NCBI GenBank assembly: GCA_048881705.1
Contig: JBHLSH010000001.1
Location: forward strand, 1-64,000
Length of the DNA: 64,000 bases
Source of the DNA: Candidatus Heimdallarchaeota archaeon
GTDB lineage: Archaea; Asgardarchaeota; Heimdallarchaeia; Hodarchaeales; Hodarchaeaceae
Reading direction: 5' to 3'
Program-made: the position numbers and the translations under genes
Notes under the pieces: generated by a model
What the model saw: only the letters and a program-made list of their open reading frames with translations
What the model was told of the DNA's origin: nothing
Database searches by the model: none
Part shown: in pieces, positions 1 through 9,505 of the stretch
Numbering within the stretch: the stretch's first letter is position 1
Layout: each line of letters opens with the position of its first letter

Positions 1-1190
1 GCTAGTAAAAATGCTCCATTTAGTAAATATCCTCTGGAAAATAGATTCCGGAATTTGGGATGTATAAGCTCGATTGATTTTTCAGTGTCTTTAATGATGC
101 TAAATCCAGCGTTTTTCAGATGATCTTCTAATTTTTCTTGAGACGGCAGATTTTTAGCTAATTCTGGATATTTGATATACATTTCCCTGTTACGATCCAC
201 TTGCGGATTAATTGATTTTTCAGTTATCAATTTAACAGCAGAATTAGTTTCCCAATCTGTAAGCAGGTTATTTTTAGAGAGATAATTGACAGAATTGACC
301 AATCTGAGGTATGATGACTCATTTCTCACGAACCAAGCCTGAGTTTTATGTTTTGTTTTTCCGTTTGGTGTTAATTCTAGAATCGCAGTTGATCCAGGTC
401 CGAATTGATTTGTATATTTGCGAAGATCTAGAGAAATCTGTTCTAAGTCTTTTTCTGGAAAATATTCTTTTGAAGAGGACACCATATTCGATCGATCAAT
501 AAGGAAAAGCCTTGCATCCTTGTAATGTGACCAACAAGTGCGATACAATCCCTCATATATGAGCATGAGTCCAATAAATGGGGCAAGACTTAACGAATAA
601 TAAAGAATTTGAATAAGGATAATTGGCCCGACCGCGTTGGGATTGATAAGACCCTCAAACCTATTTTGTAAAACATTAAAGCCATAAGAGCCAATTAGAA
701 TGGATATTGAACTTAGCAGAAAGATTCGAATGGTTTTGAGGCGGGCATTAGACAAACCTTCTATTAGGCTTTTAATGATTAAATAAACACCAAAGAAAAG
801 AAATCCCGTTAAGAGGAAATATATCAGAACCGAAAATATATCTGAAACGATCAAAAAAGGCAATATAGCGTAAATACCGATGAGCATTCCTCCTCCCACT
901 ATTTTTGAAATACCATAACCTCCTGCCCAAAAAATAGACCCCGATACCTCGAGTGGGATCTCTTGGAGTGTTGTAAATTCCTTCATTGGCCTCCTTGCAA
1001 GAAATGCAAGTGTAATAATTGGCGTAAATATGAGAGAGGTAGTTCCACTTAGAAACAAAAAAGCAACAAATAATCCTTCATTAAATACCTCCTGATGTTC
1101 ATCAGAAGAATCTTGAGCTCCAACTTTTATTGGAAGTAAACCTTGAGCTAATAGAATGGACAAAACTAGTATGATAGACCATTTGATCAT
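1..1190 (-). CDS. Multi-pass membrane protein, hypothetical; 3' end runs off the window (partial)
   Basis: Manually translated, absent from the ORF track because it has no stop. ATG at 1190 reads MIKWSIILVLSILLAQGLLPIKVGAQ (signal-peptide-like), then several hydrophobic segments and a soluble C-terminal part, with no stop to position 1. Confidence 0.8.
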   Translation of the reverse strand, partial: MIKWSIILVLSILLAQGLLPIKVGAQDSSDEHQEVFNEGLFVAFLFLSGTTSLIFTPIITLAFLARRPMKEFTTLQEIPLEVSGSIFWAGGYGISKIVGGGMLIGIYAILPFLIVSDIFSVLIYFLLTGFLFFGVYLIIKSLIEGLSNARLKTIRIFLLSSISILIGSYGFNVLQNRFEGLINPNAVGPIILIQILYYSLSLAPFIGLMLIYEGLYRTCWSHYKDARLFLIDRSNMVSSSKEYFPEKDLEQISLDLRKYTNQFGPGSTAILELTPNGKTKHKTQAWFVRNESSYLRLVNSVNYLSKNNLLTDWETNSAVKLITEKSINPQVDRNREMYIKYPELAKNLPSQEKLEDHLKNAGFSIIKDTEKSIELIHPKFRNLFSRGYLLNGAFLL

Positions 1191-1517
1191 ACTAGACGAT
1201 TTCCTCAAAACATTCGCAATCCTTTACAATTCCCTGTTCGTAGGATCGTAACAAAAGCGGGAGATTTCTTCTTTTACGTATTCTGTTGTGAATTCAATTA
1301 ATCCTTGGATTTATTAAGATTCGGTTCTCGGAAACATCCGGGTTATGATCTCATGATCTCGTGTGAAGATCACATTCCATTTTTATTCGAATAAGATAAT
1401 GAATGATCTTTTTTAACCATATAATAGCGATAAAGGGTACCCTTTCTTGGCTCGCTCAATATTTAAAACTTGAATGACGCTAGCATCTTATCAATAACTA
1501 GCAGAAGTTGATATTAA

Positions 1518-2498
1518 GTGGATACACGTCCTATGGTTCTTCTAACTCATAAAATTCCCGAATTGGGTCTAAAAAAACTAAAAACAACCTTGAAAGTAAA
1601 AATTCTCGATCCAAATCAACCCATAGAACCACAATTACGTAATTTTCTTCCTGCGGCAGATTATCTGATATCCCTTCTCTCTGTCCATATTACAAAAGAT
1701 CTACTCGCCAGTGCTCCAAGACTTCGGGGCATAGCCAACTATGCCGTGGGTTATAACAACATTGATATGCGCGCAGCACAAAAGTACGGAATTTCGGTGA
1801 CCAATACTCCAGATGTTTTAACTAACGCAACGGCTGACCTAGTTTGGGGTTTAATTCTTGCTGTTACTCGTCGTATAGTAGAAGGTGATGCTATCTGTCG
1901 AAAGAATGCATTCGCAGGATGGGCGCCTGACTATCTCTTGGGATATGAACTCTCTGGAAGAACCTTAGGTATTATTGGCCTGGGCAGAATTGGCCAAGCA
2001 GTTGCACGTCGTGGAACCTGCTTCGAGATGAATGTCTTATATCACTCAAGGAATCGAAATCCCAAAGTCGAAGATGGTTTGGGGGTGGTTTTTCAACCTA
2101 ATTTGGATGATCTTCTTGGCGGCTCAGATGTAATTAGTCTTCATGTCCCTTATACGCAGGAAACACATCATTTAATCTCTTCACGAGAGTTGGACATTAT
2201 ACGTCCATCGGCTTTTCTTATCAACACATCCAGGGGAAAAGTTGTGGACGAAATAGCCCTTGTTCGGGCATTAAAAGAAAATTCTATTGCAGGAGCAGGG
2301 CTTGATGTGTTTTATGATGAACCTAGAATCCCAGAAGGTCTCCGTGAGTTACCTAATTGTGTGTTGACCCCGCACATTGGTTCAGCAACCATGAAAACTC
2401 GAAATGCAATGGCTAAAATAGTAGCAGATAACATCTTAGCAATGGTACGAGGTGAAGAACCTCCAAATTTGGTCCCCGAATTGAAAACTGAAGAATAA
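1518..2498 (+). CDS. gyaR: D-glycerate dehydrogenase / glyoxylate reductase (D-2-hydroxyacid dehydrogenase family)
   Basis: NYAVGYNNID, TNTPDVLT, Rossmann GLGRIG, INTSRG, AGLDVF..EP, LTPHIGSAT. Confidence 0.85.
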   Translation: MDTRPMVLLTHKIPELGLKKLKTTLKVKILDPNQPIEPQLRNFLPAADYLISLLSVHITKDLLASAPRLRGIANYAVGYNNIDMRAAQKYGISVTNTPDVLTNATADLVWGLILAVTRRIVEGDAICRKNAFAGWAPDYLLGYELSGRTLGIIGLGRIGQAVARRGTCFEMNVLYHSRNRNPKVEDGLGVVFQPNLDDLLGGSDVISLHVPYTQETHHLISSRELDIIRPSAFLINTSRGKVVDEIALVRALKENSIAGAGLDVFYDEPRIPEGLRELPNCVLTPHIGSATMKTRNAMAKIVADNILAMVRGEEPPNLVPELKTEE

Positions 2499-2532
2499 GT
2501 CTTTTGAATAGTCCTAAGGATATCTCATATCA

Positions 2533-3246
2533 ATGGAACATGACTCCGAACTTAATATAATCATTGAAAAGCGCGTTCAATGGATGCTCGAAAAATGGAG
2601 GGAACTAGATAAACCACCTACGCCAACCCTAGACGAGATTTCGTTCTTCCACCACGTCGAGGAGATTGTTAGAAGAGAAGCTGACATCAAAGATGGCGAA
2701 TCGAAAGTCGTTAAATCCCTAGAGCGTCGCAAACGTCAAAGACATAATCAGGGACATCTTATTTACGGTGATACTGTGGTCTTGAAGGTAAAAATCACTG
2801 ATCATTACGGAAAGGATAAAGGAGCCCTGGAATCCGTCGCTTATTTCCAAGTCCTCCCGATTACAGATATAGATACTCCGATCACCCGTATTCTTGAATG
2901 GAGAGTAATGCACCGCCCCTCCTGGGTTATCTGGTTTACTAGTCCTATAGCAAAGGGCCTTAGTTCAAGGACAAAAAGCGAATATATCGTAGCACATACT
3001 TTGACAGAGACAGAAACTCAGGATCAAGATCTACTTCGAAGACTCGGAGCATTTCCGTGCCTTGTGACATCCTATGGAATGGATATTCTTCTAAGCTTTG
3101 AATCATTAGACCAGGGAATTAAAATGGTAGAACAATTTCTCCCAGTAATTATTGAACGGAACTTGTACGGGGACCCAAGATTTTTAGAATATTTGGAAAC
3201 ATACCGAAGGAAACTGATCATACCTTTGCTTACTTTAAAGCCATGA
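2533..3246 (+). CDS. Hypothetical protein (237 aa)
   Basis: Long ORF 34 nt after gyaR on the same strand, globular composition, no recognised motif. Confidence 0.7.
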   Translation: MEHDSELNIIIEKRVQWMLEKWRELDKPPTPTLDEISFFHHVEEIVRREADIKDGESKVVKSLERRKRQRHNQGHLIYGDTVVLKVKITDHYGKDKGALESVAYFQVLPITDIDTPITRILEWRVMHRPSWVIWFTSPIAKGLSSRTKSEYIVAHTLTETETQDQDLLRRLGAFPCLVTSYGMDILLSFESLDQGIKMVEQFLPVIIERNLYGDPRFLEYLETYRRKLIIPLLTLKP

Positions 3247-3268
3247 AAAACCCCTAAAAAAAGAGGGG
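3246..3268 (-). terminator. Candidate terminator between convergent genes
   Basis: CCCCT (3251-3255) pairs with AGGGG (3264-3268). On the minus strand it has a T7 loop and is followed by a T5 run. Confidence 0.3.
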
Positions 3269-3277
3269 GGATACTAG

Positions 3278-4945
3278 CTATTGTACCTTGACCAGATTTC
3301 CCTTACAGTAAGGGCAAGCAGTAATCCCCGTTTGGGACATATTAGTATAGCAACTCGCGCAAATCATCCGTGAGCATTGTTCGCATTCATAACCTGAATC
3401 TGTTGCCGGGTGTTTTTCATTATCCAGTTGACAAAAGAATGTTTTCCGTTCTTTAGGAGCAAATTCAACGGAGGCGGCGGGCTTTTCCACCTTGGCTCCG
3501 CAGTTCTTACAATATCTGCTTCCTGGTTTGAGATCCGCTCCACAACTCTGGCAATTTTTTGCTGATGCAGGCGTGCTAATTTTGGCTACTCCGTAATCCC
3601 GACCATAGAGTTTAGCGCCGCAGTTTTTACAATAAACGTCACCAGGATTGTAACGAAAGTTACAGCGATGGCATTGCCCTTCAGTCGTACGGGTAGGAGT
3701 TGCAGGTGCCGTTGTGGTAGAGGATGTCTCTGTTGAAGCCGTGGAGGCCGCTGCACTAACTTCGGGTGTTTTTTTACCAGTAGAACGCTGAATTATCGCA
3801 ATTATAAGAACAATAACCACAATAAGGCCTATAAACATTAAAATAGGGCTGAAATCGGCCCAGCGCTGACTGGAAGTTATTCCCGTCTCGTAAGAGACAT
3901 CAAAAGTTATATCAACAGCTTCCTCTGGATTTACAAAGGGATCAAGGTAAATGAAAAAGAACCAAGCACCTTCATTGGGTGTAGTGAAGGTACCGCTAAC
4001 GGGGTCAACAACATTTTCTATATGAACGTCCGTGGCGGAAAAATCGGGGGCTCCAACGGCAAGATAATTGACAGTGAAATCTATCGAGACCGGATTAGAT
4101 CCACTGTTATACCATACAAGATACCAGTCCTGGGCATAATCTACGTCAAAAGTTCCAATATCCCCGTCAGAACCAATATATTGTACTTCAGGAATAATAG
4201 TCTCCCAATTGTTCCAGCGGTTCAGGTCGTTTGCGTCAGCGATGAAAAACTCTATTGCTCCACCTGTGACGGTAAAATTGTAACTTAACTCGGAACCGGG
4301 CCGTAGAAAATAACCGATGTACTGATAATCGTGATTTCCTTGTACGACCATATCTTCTTCTGAATAGGATCCGTTCAGGGTTGTTGTAGGAAGAGCCTCG
4401 AAGGGTAGATCCCAAATTGCGAAGGTTACCTGACTCTGGGCCTCGACACGATAGTTTATAGAGCTTCCCGCACCGACATGTTCGCTCTCGTACCAATACT
4501 CGTTATAATAGAGAGTTTGTGTATCTCTATAGGTTACAGTTCCCTCTGTTGAGGCATTGCTAAATGGGAAAGGGATAAAGATAAATGCCGGGAGAATGAT
4601 CAGTAGAACTACTATCGCTAGAACAACCCCCCCACCCCAATAAACTGGGGCACGATACCACGGACGGTATGGATAACCCCACCACCAATTCCAGTACCAC
4701 CATCTACGCCACCAAGGCCGATAGTAGGGGCCCCAATAATGACCTCCATAACGATGATGACGACGATAACCAGACGACCGAGGAGCGCGGGAAACTGTAC
4801 GTCTTGATCCAGTTCTTCCAAAGGGCCGTCCTGAAGATCGAACCCGTCCTACTCGAAAACTCCTTCCGCCGCCGCGGAAACCTCCACCCCGAAAACCACC
4901 CCCGCCAAAGCCACCGCCACGAAACCCGCCACCACCACGAGGCAC
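3278..4945 (-). CDS. Membrane protein: RGG/aromatic low-complexity N-tail, TM, extracellular beta-sandwich domains, TM, two zinc ribbons, C-terminal RING-like finger
   Basis: GTG start. GGGFRGGG repeats, hydrophobic VVLAIVVLLIILPAFIFIPF and ILMFIGLIVVIVLIIAII, zinc ribbons CHRC..CKNCG and CQSC..CKNCG, terminal CQLD..CEQC..CASC..CPYC. Confidence 0.85.
   Translation of the reverse strand: MPRGGGGFRGGGFGGGGFRGGGFRGGGRSFRVGRVRSSGRPFGRTGSRRTVSRAPRSSGYRRHHRYGGHYWGPYYRPWWRRWWYWNWWWGYPYRPWYRAPVYWGGGVVLAIVVLLIILPAFIFIPFPFSNASTEGTVTYRDTQTLYYNEYWYESEHVGAGSSINYRVEAQSQVTFAIWDLPFEALPTTTLNGSYSEEDMVVQGNHDYQYIGYFLRPGSELSYNFTVTGGAIEFFIADANDLNRWNNWETIIPEVQYIGSDGDIGTFDVDYAQDWYLVWYNSGSNPVSIDFTVNYLAVGAPDFSATDVHIENVVDPVSGTFTTPNEGAWFFFIYLDPFVNPEEAVDITFDVSYETGITSSQRWADFSPILMFIGLIVVIVLIIAIIQRSTGKKTPEVSAAASTASTETSSTTTAPATPTRTTEGQCHRCNFRYNPGDVYCKNCGAKLYGRDYGVAKISTPASAKNCQSCGADLKPGSRYCKNCGAKVEKPAASVEFAPKERKTFFCQLDNEKHPATDSGYECEQCSRMICASCYTNMSQTGITACPYCKGNLVKVQ
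4865..4939 (-). repeat. Coding Gly-rich repeat (GGGF/RGG) at the N-terminus of 3278..4945
   Basis: Encodes RGGGGFRGGGFGGGGFRGGGFRGGG; ccacc/ccgcc-rich on the + strand. Confidence 0.85.
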
Positions 4946-4948
4946 TAC

Positions 4949-5929
4949 TTAGGCCTCCTCCGCGCTTTCAGCGCTCATTCTATCTCGGAACACCAGGTCA
5001 CGCGATACGGCCAGCACTAAAAACACAATTGCCAGTACACTCACAATAACTCCTAGGACATCAAACGTGATTTGACTTCCAGGTACACGTAGGGCTCCAA
5101 GGGACATAATGATGAAGAATAGAATCCATTCAATGACGATATTGACCGTGCCAATCATTAACCCTATTGATCCCCAATTCCGACCCGTTTTAACGAGATT
5201 ATAGTCAGCTTGGGCCCAATAATAAACAAGAAAAGCACCGAGTAACCCTAAAACTATGAATATAACACCATATAGAGCCAATCCCAGCCATAGAAGGCCA
5301 AAATCGCCTGTAAATTCCCAATAGCGAATCCAAAACCCACCTCCGCGGGCCTCGAATAGATAATAGGTCGCAGTATAAACCGCGGAGCCTGCAATTGGTG
5401 CCTTTAGGTATCCCACCATACCAACTAGTGGACCAGCAATTCCAAGGAAAAAGTACAAGAATGTAAAAAACGTCGAAAAGGCATAATTAGCGAATCGAGG
5501 ATTACTAACCGCTATTAAACCCCTCTGATCTTCATATTTCTCGGGAAGCATGCCCCAACAATCTGTAATTGTGGCAACTCCAGCAAGCTTGTCCTTATCA
5601 ATGACTGGAATAACTGACACATCGAGATCACGCATTCTCTTGAACGCGGTTTCCACAGGAGTGTCCAAATTAACACTCTCTATCGTATACATAACCTCGG
5701 TGACCTTTGCAGTTTCCGTTGATAGCCCTTCAGCAACAACATTTGTAACAATATCGAAATCAGCAATAATTCCCAATACCTGATCATTATCATCTACAAC
5801 CACAAGATCAGGAATTCCACCTTCTTTCATCTTAGCTGCCGCCTCTTTGATAGAAGCTTGGGCATTGATCACCTCAAATTCATCGTCAATGGTTAAATCA
5901 CGAACTACAGGATTTCTTTTGGATGCCAA
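4949..5929 (-). CDS. CBS-pair domain fused to a four-TM membrane domain
   Basis: Residues ~10-128 form a CBS pair (ASIKEAAAKM..IPDLVVVDD..VLGII; TPVETAFKRM..VIPVID..LAGVAT), followed by 4 hydrophobic helices. The stop lies 3 nt before the GTG of the next gene. Confidence 0.85.
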   Translation of the reverse strand: MASKRNPVVRDLTIDDEFEVINAQASIKEAAAKMKEGGIPDLVVVDDNDQVLGIIADFDIVTNVVAEGLSTETAKVTEVMYTIESVNLDTPVETAFKRMRDLDVSVIPVIDKDKLAGVATITDCWGMLPEKYEDQRGLIAVSNPRFANYAFSTFFTFLYFFLGIAGPLVGMVGYLKAPIAGSAVYTATYYLFEARGGGFWIRYWEFTGDFGLLWLGLALYGVIFIVLGLLGAFLVYYWAQADYNLVKTGRNWGSIGLMIGTVNIVIEWILFFIIMSLGALRVPGSQITFDVLGVIVSVLAIVFLVLAVSRDLVFRDRMSAESAEEA

Positions 5930-6082
5930 TGGAATGACCTTCTCACTTTGATGTTTAATTTAGAATCGTAGAGCGTTCTTATGAATTTTCTAAACTCTCA
6001 TAACGCGATTTCCTTTCAGAATACACGATTTAAAAGTCTAGGCTTGGTGGAATACCTAGGTTCGTATTCAGGTTATCAACTT

Positions 6083-6976
6083 TTAGAGGATGAACAGCCT
6101 CCCCAATCCAACCAATACTAGTCCCATTACAGCTGTAGTCAATTGACGTGTCTTTTCAACATTATTTTGCGTGTCCTTGAATAACAAGATGACGGCAATT
6201 GCAAGAACTAACCCTGTCACAAGTAAAATCACAAGATATACCAGATCCCATTTCATGAAAAGGAGAAATGACGTAGCCAGAATCCATGCCAAAGAATATC
6301 CAATCGAGAGGAGATTGACCGTTGTTAAGATTCCCAAACGGGTTGGGAGTGTTTGTACGCCGTGATTGAGATCTCCTTCAACGTCTCCAAGGTCTTTATG
6401 GATTTCGAAGACCAATGCACTCCAAAAAATTAACACCTCAAGCCAGAGGAAAGCCAGGGAAAAATTCCGAGCTACGGCAACGTACCCAGCCATGGAAGCC
6501 AACGATAAGCTTAGAGCAACGATAATGTTTTTCGCAATGAAGAGCGATTTCAACCATCTTGAATACAATACAGCCAGTATGACAACTGAAATTCCTACCA
6601 AAACCACTTGAAATCCGCCTACGATCCCAATGGTTAAAGCCACAATAGCCTCAATGATCGCTGCTAGCAAGGCAGTTCGAGGTTCTACTAAGCCTTGTGG
6701 CAAGGGACGCCATGGTTTTGAAATCTTGTCAATTTCGAGGTCACGATAATCATTGAACGTATCCATACTCGCAAGCAATAGTACGCCACCAAAGAAACCC
6801 ATAATCATATGTTCAAATGCGGGTAATGCCAGGGTTCCAGCGATCATCCCAAGCACCACTGTCCCTCCAATTATTGCGCCATCGGCTGGGCGGCCCATTA
6901 TCAAGAGATTATATAGCGTAGTAAGTAGTGATCGCAGTCCTTTTTCACCGACTGTATTAAGAAAATCCGTTTTCAT
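6083..6976 (-). CDS. UbiA-family prenyltransferase, digeranylgeranylglyceryl phosphate synthase-like
   Basis: Asp-rich motifs FNDYRDLEIDKISKPWRPLPQG and EIHKDLGDVEGD; about 8 TM helices. Confidence 0.8.
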   Translation of the reverse strand: MKTDFLNTVGEKGLRSLLTTLYNLLIMGRPADGAIIGGTVVLGMIAGTLALPAFEHMIMGFFGGVLLLASMDTFNDYRDLEIDKISKPWRPLPQGLVEPRTALLAAIIEAIVALTIGIVGGFQVVLVGISVVILAVLYSRWLKSLFIAKNIIVALSLSLASMAGYVAVARNFSLAFLWLEVLIFWSALVFEIHKDLGDVEGDLNHGVQTLPTRLGILTTVNLLSIGYSLAWILATSFLLFMKWDLVYLVILLVTGLVLAIAVILLFKDTQNNVEKTRQLTTAVMGLVLVGLGRLFIL

Positions 6977-7096
6977 CTGTTATTGCTCTCAAGAATAATT
7001 ACTACCTGACAAATTGGGAAGATTATTAATTTTGGGATTGATTTGAGTATTTGACCTGAACCTGGTATCCTAGGTTCTAGTTAGGCTACCTTTCCA

Positions 7097-8215
7097 TTAT
7101 ACCACCGAAGTATCCCGAAGGAATTCACCGATGAGATCCAATCCTGTTTCCAGATAATCTTTTTTTGATCCAATTCCGATCCTGATATACTTATCCATGC
7201 CAAAGCAGTCTCCAGCAACAATAAAAACACTTTTCAGTTCACGAAGCTTAGTAACAAGTTCAGTGGAATTAATATCCATGTCATAACGTAAAAAAACCAT
7301 GCCCCCCGCTTGAGGAGGAATGAAGCTGAAATATTTTTGGTGTTTTTCAACCCAATTGGTTAGAATGGCCAAATTATTTTGCAAATAGTTACGATTTCTA
7401 GTTAGAATCCGTTTCCTACGCTCGGGTTGTAAAGCCAAAGCAGCAATTTTGTTACTAAGAATTCCGGTCGAGATGGTTGTGTAGTCGGAGTAAGACCATG
7501 CCCTATCAATAAAGGTCTCAGGGCCGACGAGCCACCCGATTCTTAGACCAGGGAGAGCATAAGATTTCGATACGCCACAGGAGATTATGACCTTTTCATA
7601 TCGACCCCAAAAACTAGGTGTTTCTTTGCCCGATAATTCGGCGCCACGATATATTTCATCCGCATATATCCATGCATTGGTTTTTTTCGCCAAATTAACG
7701 ATTTTCCTCATCGCCTCGTCACTTAGGACTGATCCAGTAGGATTATTCGGATTGCATATCACAATCATTTTCGCATTAGAGTTAATTTTCGTATCTAGCT
7801 CATGGAGATCAGGTTGCCAGTTAAGATCCTCTCTAAGATGGAATGGGACTATTTTAACTCCAAAACTTCTTGCTAGCCCCCATATCTGCATATAATTGGG
7901 AAGCATAAGGATTATTTCGTCATCAGGCTCCAAAAGGCTCCAGACGCCTATGAAATTTGCTTCTGCTGAACCATTTGTCACTAGGACATTGTTTCGATCC
8001 GTACCGGGATAAAGATGACTAATTCTATCCCGTAACTCAATAGATCCATTTGTTTGACCGTAACCTAGACGAACTGAAAGTAATTCGTCTATTTCCTCCT
8101 TTTCTAGTAATTCGGAGAGTGTATAGGGATGGATCCCACTCTCAGTTAGGTTATATTTGACTTTGTTTTCCCAAACCGATTGTTGTCGTTCAAGTTCGAA
8201 AGTCTCAATTTTCAT
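7097..8215 (-). CDS. PLP-dependent aminotransferase class I/II
   Basis: CNPNNPTG, ADEIY, SKSYALPGLRIGW (PLP lysine). Confidence 0.9.
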   Translation of the reverse strand: MKIETFELERQQSVWENKVKYNLTESGIHPYTLSELLEKEEIDELLSVRLGYGQTNGSIELRDRISHLYPGTDRNNVLVTNGSAEANFIGVWSLLEPDDEIILMLPNYMQIWGLARSFGVKIVPFHLREDLNWQPDLHELDTKINSNAKMIVICNPNNPTGSVLSDEAMRKIVNLAKKTNAWIYADEIYRGAELSGKETPSFWGRYEKVIISCGVSKSYALPGLRIGWLVGPETFIDRAWSYSDYTTISTGILSNKIAALALQPERRKRILTRNRNYLQNNLAILTNWVEKHQKYFSFIPPQAGGMVFLRYDMDINSTELVTKLRELKSVFIVAGDCFGMDKYIRIGIGSKKDYLETGLDLIGEFLRDTSVV

Positions 8216-8240
8216 TGGTATCCCTCACAATACTGTCAAG

Positions 8241-9191
8241 TTATAGACTTAATTTTGAGAAAACCGCTTTTGATATTTGTATGTCCTGAATGGCGACTCC
8301 TGTTAAATCGGCGACTGTAATTTCATCATCTGATTGTCTTTGTAAGTCTTTGTTTGTTATCATTGTTCCAAGTTCTATTATATCATTCTTGGTGATGGTT
8401 TTGTTTTTCATTGCTCGATAACATTCCCCGCGTGATTCTGCTTGAAATAAACTGTCCGAAATCACCCGATCTGCCAATCCCAGGATCTCTACATCTAATT
8501 CCTGTTTTTCAGGAGTATCTGATCCTATTGCAGTAATGTGAGTTCCTTTTCGTACTTGATTAGCTTTAATCAAGGGTGTTTTGGAGGGAGTACATGTGAC
8601 AATTAGATTACATGTATTTGTCACATCTTCAGAGCTTAAAGTAGTTTCTATTGCGAAGCCGGATTCCTTCATGTCCTTTATGTATTCATCAAGACTGTTT
8701 TGGCTTCTTCCCCAAACAAGGGCTTCGCGGCAATCTATAACGGTCTTCAAATATCGTAATTGCATTTTACCCTGGATTCCGGTTCCAAAAATGCCGATCC
8801 TATTGACCTTCTTTGGGGCCAGATACTTAGCTACGACTGCACCAGCAGCTGCAGTTCTAACATTGGTCAAATGTCCTTCATCAAGCAATATACATTCGAT
8901 CTGTCCGTTTTTTTGATTAAACAATAAGTTAAGTCCGTTGATAGAAGGCAGACCAATCTTTGGATTTTCATAAAAACCCTGAGCGATTTTAATTACGTAA
9001 TAATCGTCGCCCTTGATGTAGCCATACTTTATATGGCAATCTCCCGGCGGATCTTCGAAAATCAATTCCCCCACTGGCGGCACCACGACCTTTCCCTCTG
9101 AATATGAAATAAATCCTTCTTCGACCAAGGGAACTGGATCGAGGATATCAAGAATTCGATTGATTTCTTCTAAAGCTATGATTTTTACCAT
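8241..9191 (-). CDS. Ornithine cyclodeaminase / mu-crystallin family protein
   Basis: LTNVRTAAAGAV, FGTGIQG, HITAIGSDTP, DLTGVAIQD. Confidence 0.9.
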   Translation of the reverse strand: MVKIIALEEINRILDILDPVPLVEEGFISYSEGKVVVPPVGELIFEDPPGDCHIKYGYIKGDDYYVIKIAQGFYENPKIGLPSINGLNLLFNQKNGQIECILLDEGHLTNVRTAAAGAVVAKYLAPKKVNRIGIFGTGIQGKMQLRYLKTVIDCREALVWGRSQNSLDEYIKDMKESGFAIETTLSSEDVTNTCNLIVTCTPSKTPLIKANQVRKGTHITAIGSDTPEKQELDVEILGLADRVISDSLFQAESRGECYRAMKNKTITKNDIIELGTMITNKDLQRQSDDEITVADLTGVAIQDIQISKAVFSKLSL

Positions 9192-9505
9192 GTGTTAACC
9201 CACCTTTTGGTTTGAATCGTTAAACTAGCCCGATTTAATCGTCATAAAAACAACGACAGCTTTAAGCGGAAAATCTACCTTACATCCGTACCTTAAGACC
9301 TCTTGACCATAATGACGGTCTAATAGAATACGTAATAGATTTTCTAGTGGTAAGGCTAATAAAACAAAATATGATTGATATACTTGCAGTCATCCCTCAC
9401 TCTTTAAAATAAATGGCCCGTTGGCTTTGTGTCTAAACAGCTTTGAGCAATTATGAGAGTAAAAAACCTTCGTTTCTTCCATTATGATAAAAAAACTATA
9501 AACTG

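Noticed and set aside
311-502. 63-aa + strand ORF
   Set aside because: Lies antisense within the long minus-strand partial CDS 1..1190.
1346-1376. TGTGA-AGA-TCACA inverted repeat resembling a CRP site
   Set aside because: The spacer is 3 nt rather than 6, it is a single occurrence, and there is no cognate regulator in the window.
4669-5049. 126-aa + strand ORF rich in D/H/R
   Set aside because: Antisense shadow of the RGG/aromatic low-complexity coding region.
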